Shown: positions 26,341-40,901, counted from the stretch's first letter. The stretch is DNA of 64,000 bases from Camelus ferus (GCF_009834535.1 NC_045697.1:33482001-33546000); one strand, 5' to 3'. Numbers and translations: made by a program. Notes: generated from the sequence alone by a model not told the origin.

Positions 26341-27785
26341 GAAAACAAATAAATAAAACTTAACTTCTGCTATGGCCTTCCGTTCTAGTGGAATGATTAC
26401 TATACAGGGGCTATTTTTGGATGCAGTGTCAAGCAAAACTGTAAGAACAGAAAACTGACTGAACCCCATGGGTTGAAGGGTTTAGCTTCTCAGATAGAAT
26501 TCTAGCCTTTTACTTTTCTGACCACTATTTCCACCAAATCCTACAGAGAAAAATATCTATGTACAGTCTTTTATTCCCCTCCAGTCCTCATTCTTCTGAG
26601 ATTGTTTCTGCCATTAAATAAAGTTCTTCATTCATTCTCTCAAAGAATGTAGTTTTTTTTGTGGTTGGTGATTGTCTAGCAGGAGGTACTTGTTGGATGA
26701 CTGAAGTTGTCAGCCCCAAGTTGTGCCCCATTCTATCTCCCTCTAAATTGTGGTTCATTTTTCTCCCCCACCCCTCTCATTGGGAACAGAGTCAACTTTT
26801 CCCAGTGATCTTGCTTATTCGGTAAAGCAATGGATGCCAAATTAAAAAACAAGAAATGATTGTTTAATAGGCAACTCACAATACCTAGTATATTTCTGGA
26901 AGAAGTAGCGGTTTCAAATTAATTCAAACTATTATTACCATAATAAACACTCACAAATTTCTTTATATAAGTTAAGGGAATGAGTCTCTACATTCTGTTC
27001 TGCTACTTCTAAGTTTGTGTACATTAGTGAAATGTCATCCTAAAAAGAATAAAAATAGGCTAATTGCAACTTCACATTGCCACTCTCAGTCACTAAATTT
27101 TTATAGTTCCCTAATGTCTTCTGTAGTTGCTTAATTTCTTCACGTTTCAGTGGTCACAGCTAATGCATGTCACATAGCTGTTGGGAATGGAATGACCTGA
27201 AAACTGCCCAAGTCATTGAATGAAGAGTAACTTTGCAAAGACAATTAAATATCAGAGAATTTTTCTCAGGAGGGTTGAGTTAAGATCTTCTACAGTTGTC
27301 CCTGTAAATTTAAAGGTTATTTGCATTCTAATGTCACCTAACTTTAAATATGGCAAGGTATTGAAGCACTTTCTGGTGTATATTTTGTTTACATTTTTTA
27401 AACATTCTTCATAAATATAACATGCTCAGTTTTGAGGTGTTAGCCTTGGTTCTGTTGGTAAATTATTTACATAATGGTTTTCTTATCTATGAAATGCATT
27501 GATTTTGGGGGAGGATCATCATGAACTTCCAACATCCTGCCAGAGCACTGGTTGCTAAAACATGGCTATCATCATACTATCCCCTGCTCAAGAAGCTATG
27601 CTGGTTTCCAAGTACCTGCTGTACAAGATCAAATTCCTTTATTTGTATTTCAAGGCTCTCTACCTTCTAGAGTTGCTCTCTCTTATACTAATTCTCACTC
27701 CTTTTATGCACACACCTAGTCCCCACTGAAGAGATGTTTCAGGATTTAGATTTACCTCTTCAGGAACCATAACTATGTGCCATAC

Positions 27786-30447
27786 CAGTGCTACTCAAAA
27801 TGTGGTCCGCTCCAGCACAGGTCCATGAATCATTTTCTACAGGCTGCAACAATGTAAGTCCAGGAACAGAAAGTATTTAGACACTTTTATAGTAAATTGA
27901 CATTGCCATGACATTGACATTCAAGCACATGATCAATGCACTAGTCTTTTGAACAGTTTTAGTGCCTCCAAACTGGCACTGTGAGTAACATCGATAGAGC
28001 AGGGACCTGCATGCTGGTCCTGAGCAGCAAGACCACATTAAGTGTGCATTTACTTAGCTTGATAACTGTAAACCAGAATTGTTTAAGTATATGAGACTAT
28101 CTAAACATGTATTTATATTTGTAACATTTTTAGAATCATTTTCGTGTTTAAATCAAGCCTGGGTTTAAATTTACAGTTTAACATTATTAGCTAAATTAGG
28201 GAAGTAAAATTTCTATTATTTATTTTTAACCTTAATTTAAGTATGGTGATGCAAGTGAGCTTCATCAGACATATTTGTGAAGAAAAGATACACCTTTTTC
28301 AAAATATAGCAATAGTCATAAACTACAAAGAAGGAATAAGACAAAAATGTTTTTATTATATTTAATTTTGTTTAATAGCTATACTTGATGATGAAATGTT
28401 AAAACTACAGTATGTTCTAGCTAATGTGCTGGCTAATGGGGCAATGAAACCAATGAAATTTTAAAAGCTTTTAAACTCAAAACATAAGGAAATGTTAAAA
28501 ACCAAAAATTTATTCTATAGAAAAGAAAGTATCAGGTTAAAACTCTGATGGAAATAAATGTTTAATATTTCATAAATAACCATTAGTGTTTTGCGAGCTT
28601 ATTGTAAGTAGCTCTATGAGCTGCTAACATTAAAAGTATGTGTATACTTAGCTTCTGAATTTTTAGTGTAAGACCACGTCACAGGCATGGCATCAACTTG
28701 AAAAATAGTGGGTGGAGCTTCAGCAAAGAAGATAGTTCAAATACCACTTTTCAATGACACCATACACCAAATTCAGAAACAAACTAACAACATGGAATGC
28801 CAACTCAGAGAATAAATAAAGCTAGTAAAGTACTTTTCACTGCAATTCATCAAATCTAGAGATATCCTTAGCATGGCAATCTTTTTCAGTACATGTGCAT
28901 TTTGCACTTGAACACATTTTAGCTTCGTTGTTAAAAAACACAACCATACATGCAGTGCATAAAAACATTCAGTCTGGAGTTCAAGTTCTGTATAGGAGTA
29001 TGCTCTTGTGCTATAGTTGTAAAGGCAAGAAATAATTCTGGAGTAAGTAGCCAGTTTTACTGGTTCCAGGATATTAATCCCCACACTTCTTACTTCTTGG
29101 AAGGTTCTAATATTAAAGAAAAAAAATGTGAGGTGCACTAAATAATATGTTTGGTGATGTAGTAAAAATTATGAATCAGTAAAAACTGAAATTTCAAATT
29201 TGAGATTATTTTCTTTATTAGGGAATAATATGAAAGTTGATCACAAAGTATGGTATATTGTTGAAGTATAATGGCTATCAAGGAGAAAAGCTCTGTCGAA
29301 AATATTTGGATTCCAGAATAAAACAGTATGCAATACAAACAATACTACAGTTGGTGTCAACATTTTTAAATTGTGAATCGAGCATCGAGACTTACTACTT
29401 TTATCTGGTAGTTTGGTATTTTTAATGATCTTAATACATCCATGCAAAGGAGAAATGCAACATATTTTTCAAGACAAATAAATCTTAAAGGCAAAATCAA
29501 AGGTGAGAAGCTTGAAAAAAGGAAGCTTCTGCAGACTGTGATGCTGTGGTCCAGAATTTAATAACAATTATTAAGTAGGTAGATAGTGATCTTGGTAATT
29601 TTTTATCTGTGAGAAGTTATCAACAAGCACCTTATAAATTTGATAGAATGATTTAAATTAATTTCCCATCAAAAGAATATTCATTTATCAGATATTAATG
29701 GGATCCAAAATCAATTTCTGCTATCATAAGTTAAATTAAGTTTAGCAATAACTTGAAGGATAAACTGTTAGCACTGGCTGCTGATCAAGCATTCAAGATG
29801 AATTTTAAAAATACAGCATCCTGGATAAAACTTAAAAATGAATAACTTGAGCTTGCTGAAATTGCTTTAAAATCAGTTTCATGACTATCAACATATTGTT
29901 GTGAAACTGATTTCTCTACACTGAGTTTATAAAAAACTGAAAAAGTTTAGATATGTTACTCCCTATGAATAGTATTGTTGTCAAGAGAACCTATATAAGA
30001 TAAATTAGCAAGCAAGGATGAAATTCATTCATTACAGTAAAGACTGTATTTTGATGTGTAAGATATCTCTTAAAAGTCTGAAGTAAATATTCAACATGGA
30101 GAATCCCAATTGTACTCATAACTTTTTGGTTTCTGTTATGACAAAGTTCAAGTTTAATGGTTCTCCATATGAATCACGATGATGCATCATTCAGTGAAAA
30201 ATATGCATATTTTAAATTTTTTATCTTTTTTCTCTGTAATGTTTGTTCCGATTGTATTTATTAAGTATATTTTTTTCTGTTGAGTCTAATAAAAACTTGG
30301 CTGGATTTTTGCCTGTTTTTAAATTTCATTTTGCTATAGTTCATTTTATTGGATTTTATAGAAGTCCAGATTTACAACAGAATGGAAATTTTTTAACAAA
30401 CTGATTTTTTTTTTTTTTTTTTTTGCTGTAGATAGTTGAATACAATG
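27786..30447 (+). mobile_element. Near full-length hAT DNA transposon fossil (Charlie7/MER119-like) with transposase pseudogene
   Basis: Left end cagtgctactcaaaatgtggtcc, right end agatagttgaatacaatg; hand translation gives VLANGAMKPMKF*KLLNSKHKE (~28426), EV*WLSRRKALSKIF (~29263), WIKLKNE*LELAEIALKS (~29822) and STYCCETDFSTLS (~29888). Confidence 0.85.
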
Positions 30448-32518
30448 CCCTATATTTCTATTCTTGCTATGAATGATACAGAGTTAGGAACACAGTAAAT
30501 GCTCAGCAAATACCTGTAGATATATAGATGAATATCACTAAATTGGGTTACATTTTCTAAAGGGAATAATTTCCCCTAGTGGATAGCTTTATCTATAGAG
30601 AGATGCTTCTCATCTGCCAGTTTCCAAGGGTGGAAATCATTAAAGAACACAACAGGAGTGTCACCATTCCTTTGTCACCAATCTATTCTAATGCTTCTGC
30701 AATGTCAAGCTATTTATTCCATTCTGAAGAAAGTACCTAAGGCAAGACACAGCATCAGGCCTCAAGTAGGTAGAAAGAAAATATTAGGTAATCTACTAGC
30801 AGACACATGGACAAGTGTGCCTGGCCAATAAAATCTCACAAATTTTACCCCTGGATATGCGTAAGGCTCTGACTCTTTATGCCTCAGAATAGGAGAGAAC
30901 CCAGGTACCTGTTGGCAATCAAATAGATGCATACATTGTGAGATATTTGTCAATGAATGCTGTATTATCTAGCAATGAGAATGAATGACCTTCTACCTGC
31001 AGCAATATGCCTAAATCAGGAGGAAATAATATTAAAGAAAAAGTCAAATATACATACATTTGATTATATGGTTACATAATATATAATATTATGTATAATA
31101 TACATTTTTCATTCTCTATAAATATAGTGAGCTAAAGAGTATTATATCTAATTTAGCAATAAGAAGATAAGAGGAAAAACAAAAGATAGAATGGAATATT
31201 TTTGTTAAATGAAATTATAAAAGACACAAAAAGTCTCCATATTAGTTGTGACTTGAGGCAAATATAAAAAAGAAGCACGGTTACTTTTTCCAATGTTACC
31301 TGTGTATTTGAACCAACTAAAAACTACATTGGTTTAATTTTGCCTTATCTAACACAGAGTATCAATTGTTTAAAAAGAAATCAAACAGGAAATTAATTTT
31401 AAATTTATAATACCTTCATGGAATGCTTTAAACCTAAACAAAACTCAGTCATATTTACACTTACTTTTCTTTTAGATTTTAAACCAACTTCATACTATAT
31501 ACTAACAAGTTAGTCATTCTATATATCATATTAGTTTCTGATATAAGTCAAAGATCAAATTCTTTTTCCTTCAGAGTAATTTTTCACCTTTTTTCTTGAA
31601 GAATTGATTTATTTCGCACTGGTTTGTGATATTTTCTTACAGTAAGTTGGAAACCTAATACATGTGCAGATGTTCTTACCCAAATTTTGGGCTCCTAGTA
31701 TACGTGAATTTAACTTAGCTTTGCTAAAGTTAAGAGAAAATCTTTTGTTCCCATTACTGGGAATGATTTATTCCTGGGTTATTCAGAAGCTGGGTAGATT
31801 TTGCCTTGTGTGAATGTAATATAAGTATAAACTTTCCAATTTTTGCCATGTCCTTCAATATACTTGGCTTCACAAGACATTACTTGTCTATTTTTACCAC
31901 CATCCTTGTTTAAATACTGGAAATTGTAGTACCAAGTACCAATTGAGATACCAGTGTGGGAATAAATCCCAGAAAGCTAGGTTCCTACAACAGATTAGCT
32001 CTTAGATCTGTTGGGTCAACAATGCAGAGTGCTTCTAAGCAAAAGGAATGAAATCCACAAGGATAATCTGTATAATTCTTCCTAAATTCAGAAATGTGAA
32101 TAAGCGTGATGTCACGGCAAACTGCCCAGAGTTTTGCTTCCCTCTGAACAAAGCAAACACACTTTTCTCTTTTCTATAAACTGTATAAATCATTATCCAG
32201 GTAAAATAATTCCATAGAATGTCTGAAAATTAGCAAAGAAGGTGATGTGATAGGAACATTTCTGAAAAGAATAAAACATGTAAGAATCCTGCTGCTTTTT
32301 GCATTTGAAGATTTGATGTGAGGAATCCAGCCAAGCTGAGATTTTGTTTGACCAAAGATAAACAAAACAATACACATGAAAGTGCAAAATGAAACATTAT
32401 ACCAAGATGCCTGCATTTAATTATTAGTCTTATCCAGGAATACAAAGTCAGGGTGTCCCTAAGAAAGTTCATGGGAGAAAGAAATGGCAAAAGAAACTAA
32501 ACAGTCCCTCCTCCCTCC

Positions 32519-32523
32519 AAAAA

Positions 32524-32555
<32 letters not shown>

Positions 32556-32556
32556 C
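32519..32556. repeat. Poly(A)/A-rich tract
   Basis: A24 followed by gaaagaaaagaaa. Confidence 0.9.
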
Positions 32557-35500
32557 TAAATCAGTTAATAGCCATTGATCTCCTCTTTAATACCTATATT
32601 ATATATAATGTCTGTACACCAGTATTTGGGAGTTAGAGAAAACTTTTGCCTTAGACATTTTTGTGTGTGAAATCATTCTTAGAGAAATCACTTTCTGGTC
32701 AAGTCCAAGTAAGAATCACTCTTTGTCCTTAAGACTTTAAGTGACTAGGACAATTCTTTTGCATAAACTTTTAATCAAGGTCAGCTCTTTTACATAAAAC
32801 CTTTAATTAAAGTCTTAATGTCTTCTCCACCCTTGGGTTTTATCAAGGATCGTTTAAAGGACCAGTGAGTATGTTCATTTCCTCCCTGAAGAGGACAAGG
32901 TAGATGGCAGTACCATTCTGCAGAATTCTTACCTTGGTTTTCCAATTGCATGAACCAATAACACACTTATTCTCTAAATGATCTAAAATGTGGTTAATTG
33001 TTACAGTGACTATCATTTGTATATGTGCATAAGTGAATTACACAATGGTTTTCCATAACCTATCAATAAAATTCCTCAAGGAATCAAATTCATTCTTCTT
33101 TTCTTAATTGAATATTACTGTGGATCACTATAGCCAAACACTGTTTCTTTAGTGTAATTAATGGAACTTGCCAAGGTCACCTATTATCATGTCAAGGTTG
33201 ATGGAAAAGAGAAACATCAGCGGGTTAGGACAATTTAGATATAGAAAAATATTTCTATAACAAACTCTAGAGAGGTTTGACTGAGAGAAAACACAGTGGT
33301 CTCTTTCCTCAACAAACAGACCCTTTTTAGATAAGTCTTTTTGTCTTAGGAAACTGCATAGGTTCACATCCTCTCTCATCACTGCTACTAGCCACTTCTG
33401 TGCAGTCTAATAACTGAAGTCCTTCCAAAGAGGGTGTTATTTGACTGTATATGAACTGCTTATATTTTTAAAACCTCTTAGTAACACCAACAAAAGGCTT
33501 TTAATTAATCCAGCCTATTGGATAAAGAGTGGGGCAAAATTCATTATTCTAAAGTTATTTCTACATAATAAACCCATTCTGGATCCTCATCAATTCAAAT
33601 TTCAGGAGACAAAAAGTTAAATTATCTTAGACAATGCAAAAAGAAAATGTCTTTGCAATATTTGGAAAGGAATGCATCTGCTGAAAGGCCTAAGACAGTC
33701 TATAAAATTTATACAAAACCTTATTGAAAAATAATTGGAAGCCACCCATGGTATACCATAAAAATTCAAATTTTCCATCCTTTTAAATTCTGACACTGCT
33801 AGCTTTCTTCATCAGTAACATGGAAACTGAAACACAATAGTTTTTTCCCAATGTTTGACAAAACAGAATCGTGTTATATTATTGCAAGTTCTTTTTTCTA
33901 TTCTTTGAAAATAATATAGATTTCTATTAAATAACTAAGACCTTATTTATTCTTTTATTCACTTTGTAATTTCAAGAATTGTCCAAAACTAACTTACATC
34001 AATCCCTACCTCGCTGTAAATGAACATGATTTTAATTTGTAGAGGTCATCATATGTCATTGGGTCACAATTTCAAATATATAAGCAACTAAGTCATAGCT
34101 CTATATCCTATGGGCCAACTAGACTAGGAACAAAATTAAAAACATGTAGATGAGTCTACATATCTTGATTAGGAAACAAGAATTTGCTGATTAATCAAAT
34201 GCATATATACATTCCTTTATCAACCAAAAAAATCTGATGTATTGTTGCAAACTACAGGTCCCTTGAGTGCACTTAGATTGTATTGAAAATCTAGTTTATG
34301 ATTTTCTTTATTCAAATTATTGATGACATATCAAAATATGTAATATGCAGTTCAGCATTAGGAGCAATTATCTAAAACAAAATCCAGAAAGAGGAGGAGA
34401 AAACTCTTTACTTTGATGATAAAGTAGGAAGAATAATTGGTATGCTTTTAATCCTTTGCTTCTCTGAACTAAATTATTTAATTTCTCTTATTTGGCAGAA
34501 TAGATAGAAATATTTGGTAGAACAATTTCCCAGTATAGCAGTATCCTTAGATTTGATTTCGGAGCATATTTAGGTATTTTCTCGTTTCTTTTTCTTATTT
34601 CTTTTCTTAACAGAGCAGGAAGTTGTGCTTTTCCCTACAGACAGTTCATGGACAACAGCCTGGTTTGTGGCTCGCTTTAGTCCTTACCCATCTGAATTTA
34701 AAATGTTATCACAAGATTTCTCCTAAATTACCAAAACTTAGGCTATTTTCTCTCTGAATTTCTGCTTGTCACTTACTCTGTACTTCGATGCTGCAATACC
34801 AATTCAAAATTTCTCTTCTCTCCCTATACCTGATAGAAAAGATTCGTTTATCAGCCAAATTGGTAACATCTGTCAGCAAAACTGGTACTGTCATTCATCT
34901 TAATTTTTAAGATAAATGAATCATTTAGGTTTGGTTTATTATTTTAATTTTGAAAGGAAATAACCTATTTACTCTTCACTACTTAAGAAATTTTTAATAT
35001 TCACACAAGAAGTTTCATGTCAAAAAGGAATTATTTTGTTGTATTTATGCCAATATGAAAATAAGAAAATGTTTACCAGAAGTAATAGTTTGAAAGAAAG
35101 ACCAATCTCTAGATGTATTTACATATGAATTAAGAGTTTTGTAATTGGAGTCCTCAGATCATGACATAATTGGGAAGTATTCCATAGAAATCAATATTTC
35201 TATTTTAAACCAATTTAGTTACATGAACCATTGGCAAAATAATTACACTTGTATTACACATGTGGCAAGATACAAAGTTTCTTAAAATTTAAATAAAATA
35301 GTAGTGGCTCAAAACAGTTTGATTTTATTTTGTTGTATTTCCAGTAAAAACTTAAGTAGGAACAAAGAAAAAAATAAAAATAGCAAACCAAATAAACATA
35401 TTCAGAGGTTCCAAATTCTTAAAAACCCTGTCATTGACAGAAAAGACTTCTTAAAATAAATTCTAATCCTTTATGACTAAATTTAAACCCACCTTTTCCT

Positions 35501-36609
35501 ATTTTTCTACTGAATTGACTTAGTAGTGTGGTTATTTTTGTGCTTTTTTTTCCCCCACAGATGATGATATATGATTACGTTCTAATCCATGTACTGGGTC
35601 ACATTTAGCCTTTTCTCTCTCTTTAAATCATGCCACAGTCATTTATTTCTATGTCAGCATTTGGCCCTTGGGAAGATTTATGAAAACGCGAGATACGGGG
35701 AATTATCCTCTTACCCATCTGTTGAAGATGTTATTATCTATTTAGTGCAAGGCAAGGACCATGTGACTGTCCTAAGGGCCACAGTTAACTGTTGGTAACT
35801 GTTGGTAACTCTTGCTGGTATGATGCAGATCACCATTTCCTCTTTTTAATGACAACGTTTTGGGAAAAGTAATTTATACAGGCTACCTTGACTCTGTTAC
35901 CAGTGCAATTCTAAACCCTTCAGGTCTACTATCAGTCTTCACTACTGTGCTAAAAATTGCTCTCACATCATCTAGTTAATAAAAATATAATATGTGTTTT
36001 CAGTCCCATTCTCCCGGATTCCTCTAAGTAACTGAATCTTCCCTAACCACGTTTTTGAAACGATCTCTACCTTTAGCGCTATTTTGTTTTATTTTCCCAA
36101 TTGCCTGGTAGCTTTTTTATTGTTGTTGTATGTATATTCTACACTATAAAAATTGACCTGTGCTAAAGTGAATTTTTCTCTTTTCAGTATATTCTTCATG
36201 TAGATTAATCCAGCCTATTTTACAGCTTGAATTGCTATTTTAATGCAGATGATACAAATCTTTTCCTAAGTAAGGAAATCTGACCACCAGACCAGTCACT
36301 CCATTTAATGACAATATATTTGCCCAATCTTAATTTTTATTTTTTTATGTTAAGTATATCTCAATTCATTCCCCTGACATGCTATCCCTCCTCTCTTCCT
36401 CCACTCAATTGAAACAGATCCAAGATTTGTCTAAAATGTCTTCCTGTTAATGAAAAACTTTTCCTGATTCCCCAGCATGGATATGATGATGATTTCTTCA
36501 GGATGTCTTCTGTTTTGTTTATTGCACGTGTCTTGTTCTACCTGTTTTTGCTATTATCTACTTGTTTATTTAATCCTGTCTGTTAAATCATCATCTTTTT
36601 CATGGTAGG

Positions 36610-36951
36610 TGTCTTGGTCTATTCAGGCTGCTATAACAAAATACCATAAACTGGGTGGCTTACAGATAATGGATTATTTCTCACAGTTCTGGAGGCTGGG
36701 AAGTACACATTCTGGTGAAGGCCCTTCTCCTTTTTCATAGCTAGCTCTTTTTCCCTGTGTCCTCACGTGGTGGAAGGGGTGAGGAAGCTCTCTGAGGTCT
36801 CTCTTATAAGGGTACCAATCCCAGCCATGAGGGCTCCACCCTCAATGACCTAATTACCTCCTCCAAACTCCACTTTACAATATCATCATCTTTGAGGATT
36901 AGGATTTTAACATATAAATGTTGAGGGGACACAGACATTCAGTCTATAGTA
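36610..36951 (-). mobile_element. MaLR solo LTR (MLT1A0-like)
   Basis: tgtcttggtctattcaggctgctataacaaaataccata...acattcagtctatagta; TSD-like gtagg / gtaga. Confidence 0.92.
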
Positions 36952-37336
36952 GTAGAAATGGTATTTTAATGTCCTTGTGGTCCCTGCAATGTCTAGGAGG
37001 TAGTGCTTTCAACATACTGAATGAATGAACTGAATTTAATGTTTCAACCTTCTCACAATTTTCATTTGAATATTTCAGAAAAGTCAGCCTCATGAAACAA
37101 TTTATAATATGGTTGTGGAGGAAGAAAGGAGTTGGACACCAGATATGATCTAGTAACTGCTTTCTCTAGTCATTGGAGAGTTCAGTCTGCAGTACATTCA
37201 GATCAAGGAAAAAAATCATGATGGTACTAGAAAGGAGTCTGGACATCCCATACCGAATGTGGCAATAATTGACCTCTACCATATGATAAAATCCTTGGGA
37301 CCAATTCTTTGCTACATAAAGCATATTTACCAATAT

Positions 37337-37468
37337 TAGTTGATTATATGCCCTGGTTTACCCAGGGATAATCCAGATTTTCACTATTGTCTTCAAATAA
37401 TTATCGTCACCCTCTTCTTTCGCTTTCAAAAGTGTACCAGTTTGAATGAAGGATTATATGATCCTATT
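37337..37468 (-). mobile_element. MER94-like (hAT-Blackjack) MITE
   Basis: atatgccctggtttaccc...ctttcaaaagtgtaccagtttg...ttatatgatc. Confidence 0.6.
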
Positions 37469-37844
37469 AACTAAAATACAAAAGGCTGGTAGTTTATCTA
37501 ATCTACATCTCTATGGTTGCCAATCTGTGACCATAAAAATTCACACACTTGTCACATTTCTAGGAAAGTGATTTATGCCGAGTTTAACATGGTTGGCATA
37601 CTAACTAATTATAAATTAATGGAAGGCAAGAATCATTGTGTTCCTTCCCTCCCTGTGCCTAAAAGGGCCTTGCACATTATTGGCCCTTGCTTGGGGTTTA
37701 TTAAATTGGACACATGTCCTAAGGGCTGATATTAAAGGTTCCCTTTAAGAGAGTCCCTGATATCAGGGCTTTTCCACTGTCAGACATCTAATACTTTCTC
37801 AGGTGATTTTGCTTTCTAGTAAATTGGAGACAGCTTTGTAAAAT

Positions 37845-37873
37845 TAATAATAATAATAAATAATAATAATAAT
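37845..37873. repeat. (AAT)n microsatellite
   Basis: Imperfect AAT repeat run. Confidence 0.9.
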
Positions 37874-39324
37874 CTGGATGCTTAACTGAAAGATTTGCCA
37901 TTGACTCATTACAGTAACTAGTCATTTTTGGGAAAAAAGTGTTGAAAGTACTGATGCTTTTTCCAAAAGTCACATTTAACACCTTTCAAACTAACACCTT
38001 CCCAGTAAGAGTTCATTTGAAATACAATATTCAGAACATACACAGATACATACCAGAAATTTTTGTTGTTTAATTATTTGGATACTGAAGATTCAACTCA
38101 CAGATTTGAAACTGCTAAGCAAAAATGAGATCAATGCATAGAATAGGATTCACTGACTCAACTATCTTTCTCCTTCCTTTGAATAATTTTTGATATATCA
38201 AAAATTGAAAATACAAAGAGTTCTATTTGCTTCATTTTCAACTCTTTATCATCCACCTATTTCTTCGCAAGAGGAAGAGAGAAAAGGCAGCAGCTCTTTC
38301 CCTTATATCCACTCACTGTCATTTTTAAGATCTCATTAAATTAAAAAAAAAAAAGAAAAAATTGCCTGCATTGAATGTGCAAAATTAAAGTTACTCTGCC
38401 ACCAAGTCCATTAACTTCTCCAAGAGGACTCTGATGCTAACTTTGATACTGCCCATTAGGCTCACAGGCTATGAAGAAGATAAATGAAGATGAGAACAAG
38501 AAATGGTAGAAGCAAAAGAGAAAATTTGGCATCTGCCTTCTAACCTGCAGCACTGGGACTTCCTAGAAAAGAAACACACTATTAGTCATTTCAAATAATC
38601 TACATGACACCAATCCCCAGCTAAAGGATGAGCAGCCTCAGATGAAGAGAAGAGGGGTATGTAGAGCGTACCATCAAACATATTAGGGAGAAGGCTGGGC
38701 AGAAGTGCTCACTTAAAAATGTGGTCCAGAACATATAGCCAGTGTTGCAATAGCCAATTTCAAAATGAAGTCCAGCTGCCCTAAGACTATCAGAATTAGA
38801 ATTTCACTATACAGTACAAACTGATTCCCCTTGTAGGTCCAGGAGATAGAACAGGATTCAAAAATGGAAGGATTGTAGCAAAGGGGTAAAAGTGGAAAGG
38901 TCAGGGGACAGAATCAGAATTCTGATTTTAAAATATTTCTTGCTACTTTCATTGTATTTGCTCACATACATTTTCCCCTACTTTTTATGCAGAACGTTGG
39001 CATGTGGATGAATGGAAGAATACAATGTTATCTAAAAGAACTTAAACTTTATTATATGAGTTTAATGAATACTTTGATAAAATACTCGTTCTAGAATTCC
39101 GAATTATGAATATCTAAAAAAATGCCAATTTACGTCTCAGTTGGTGGCTAAAGTTGTATTCTCCTAGAATTTAAGATTGACATCCAATCTAATCAGCTAG
39201 CACTCATGCTAGACCTCTTATTATGTATTTTGAATATTACCTGTGAACAGTGGAGTGTATCTATTTCAAGTTAACAAAGAACAGTTAACACTAAGCATTT
39301 CTTAGTTTGGAACTTCCCTAAACC

Positions 39325-39560
39325 CTGTAGTTTCTCTAACTCAAGATCACAAAAATTATCTCCAATATATTCTTCTAGTACATGTATAGTTTTACCTCAA
39401 GTTTAGATTTTTTGATCCATTTTAAGTTAATGTATTTTTGTATGTTTGCATAGTTCTATGTATCGAAGTTCTTTTTTGTTTATTTTTGCATATTGATGTG
39501 TTGATATTCAACTTCTCCATACCAGTTGCTGAAAAGACTCTCCTACATTGAATTACCTGC
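39325..39560 (-). mobile_element. Ancient L1 ORF2 fragment
   Basis: tttgatccattttaagttaat...ccataccagttgctgaaaagact, antisense ORF2. Confidence 0.65.
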
Positions 39561-40901
39561 TGCTCACTTTGCTTCAGATCTCTGGGATTGCTGTGGCTCA
39601 TGACATGGTGAAAATATCATATTTGTGTGCTAGCCATAAAAAAAATCTTTGATATAATAATTCAGACATAAATTGAGGATAGATCCTTTTCTGCATAATT
39701 ATTCTTGAAGAATTAAAGATATTCTAAGATAGCAAATTATCATGGGGCCCTCCTCTTTGTTCCTATGCATATTTCATGATCCTGCCCTAATTGGTAAACT
39801 ACTTGGTTGAGGCAAATTGAAAAAAAAAAGGTAAGAAAGATAGATAAAATAGACTACAAATTAGAGCAGAGTAGTTTATATGTACTCTGTCCAATATAAT
39901 CTCAACCTTATTAAGTAACTCTGTTAGCGATTTGGAGATCGACAGTACATAGGGGAAAATGGCACAATTTAGCTGAACAGGGAAAGGAAAATTTTCTTTG
40001 ACATTTTCTAAGGGTTATCTCCCATTATATTAAGAAAATGTGGCAGCATTTTATTGGAACCAGTGAAAGAGATAAATTTTTGTGTGAATCTCTGGTCCAG
40101 GAAAGGTCTTAATTATTTAGCCTTCAAGAAAATGAAAGTGACAGGTTGCAATTGTCAGTAGATACTGACTGCCTTTATGTTCCCCTCCTCTTCCTATTCC
40201 CAGTAGGATAGAGAACTGTTTAAACTCTGACTCCAGAATGTGAAACCAAGAAGTTTCATAACCATGTGAGTGCCTTTAACATGCCCAAGTGTTGCCATGG
40301 AGATCAGAATTTCTTGAACTTGACATTATAATCTGCATTAGCTTCTCTAAAACTGGTTAAATAGATGTAGTGTCAGAAAGCTGATAATTCCAGTTGTGTG
40401 TCTTAAATCTCATCCCTCACCCTGATTTTTCAATCTTCTTAAATTTAGTTTGCTGTTTCTATTTATTGCTACGGTATACATCAGAGAAGGTGTATATACA
40501 TGTCAATCTCATTAAATTGTCTATGTTAATAGGTCAGTAAATGATCTTTTTATGGGTATCACCATTCAATTCAGGGAGTCTAAACCAGAAATCCCTGGCA
40601 TCAATATATCTGTAGTTTAACTACAAAATTAGCAATAGGTCGGGAAAAATTTTGGGGACTCTCTTAAACTAAGACTTATTCACACTTGAGGGCATTTCTT
40701 TCTTTCTTCCTTTTTTTCTTCTCAAGCTCAACTCAACAACCAAGTCATACTCTACTTCCTGTCTATTTCTGGAGATTTCAGTGGGAGAGCTTTATCATCC
40801 CAGTGCCTCTGAGATTAATTTTGACAAGTGCTTCCGGGCACACCTTCCCAAGGTCATTGGGTCGGTCAGGAGAACAGATAAGGAATATACAAGAGTAGTG
40901 T

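Noticed and set aside
28773..29447. ORFs inside the Charlie element as a domesticated transposase
   Set aside because: They are off-frame or antisense; the true transposase frame has several stops and frameshifts.
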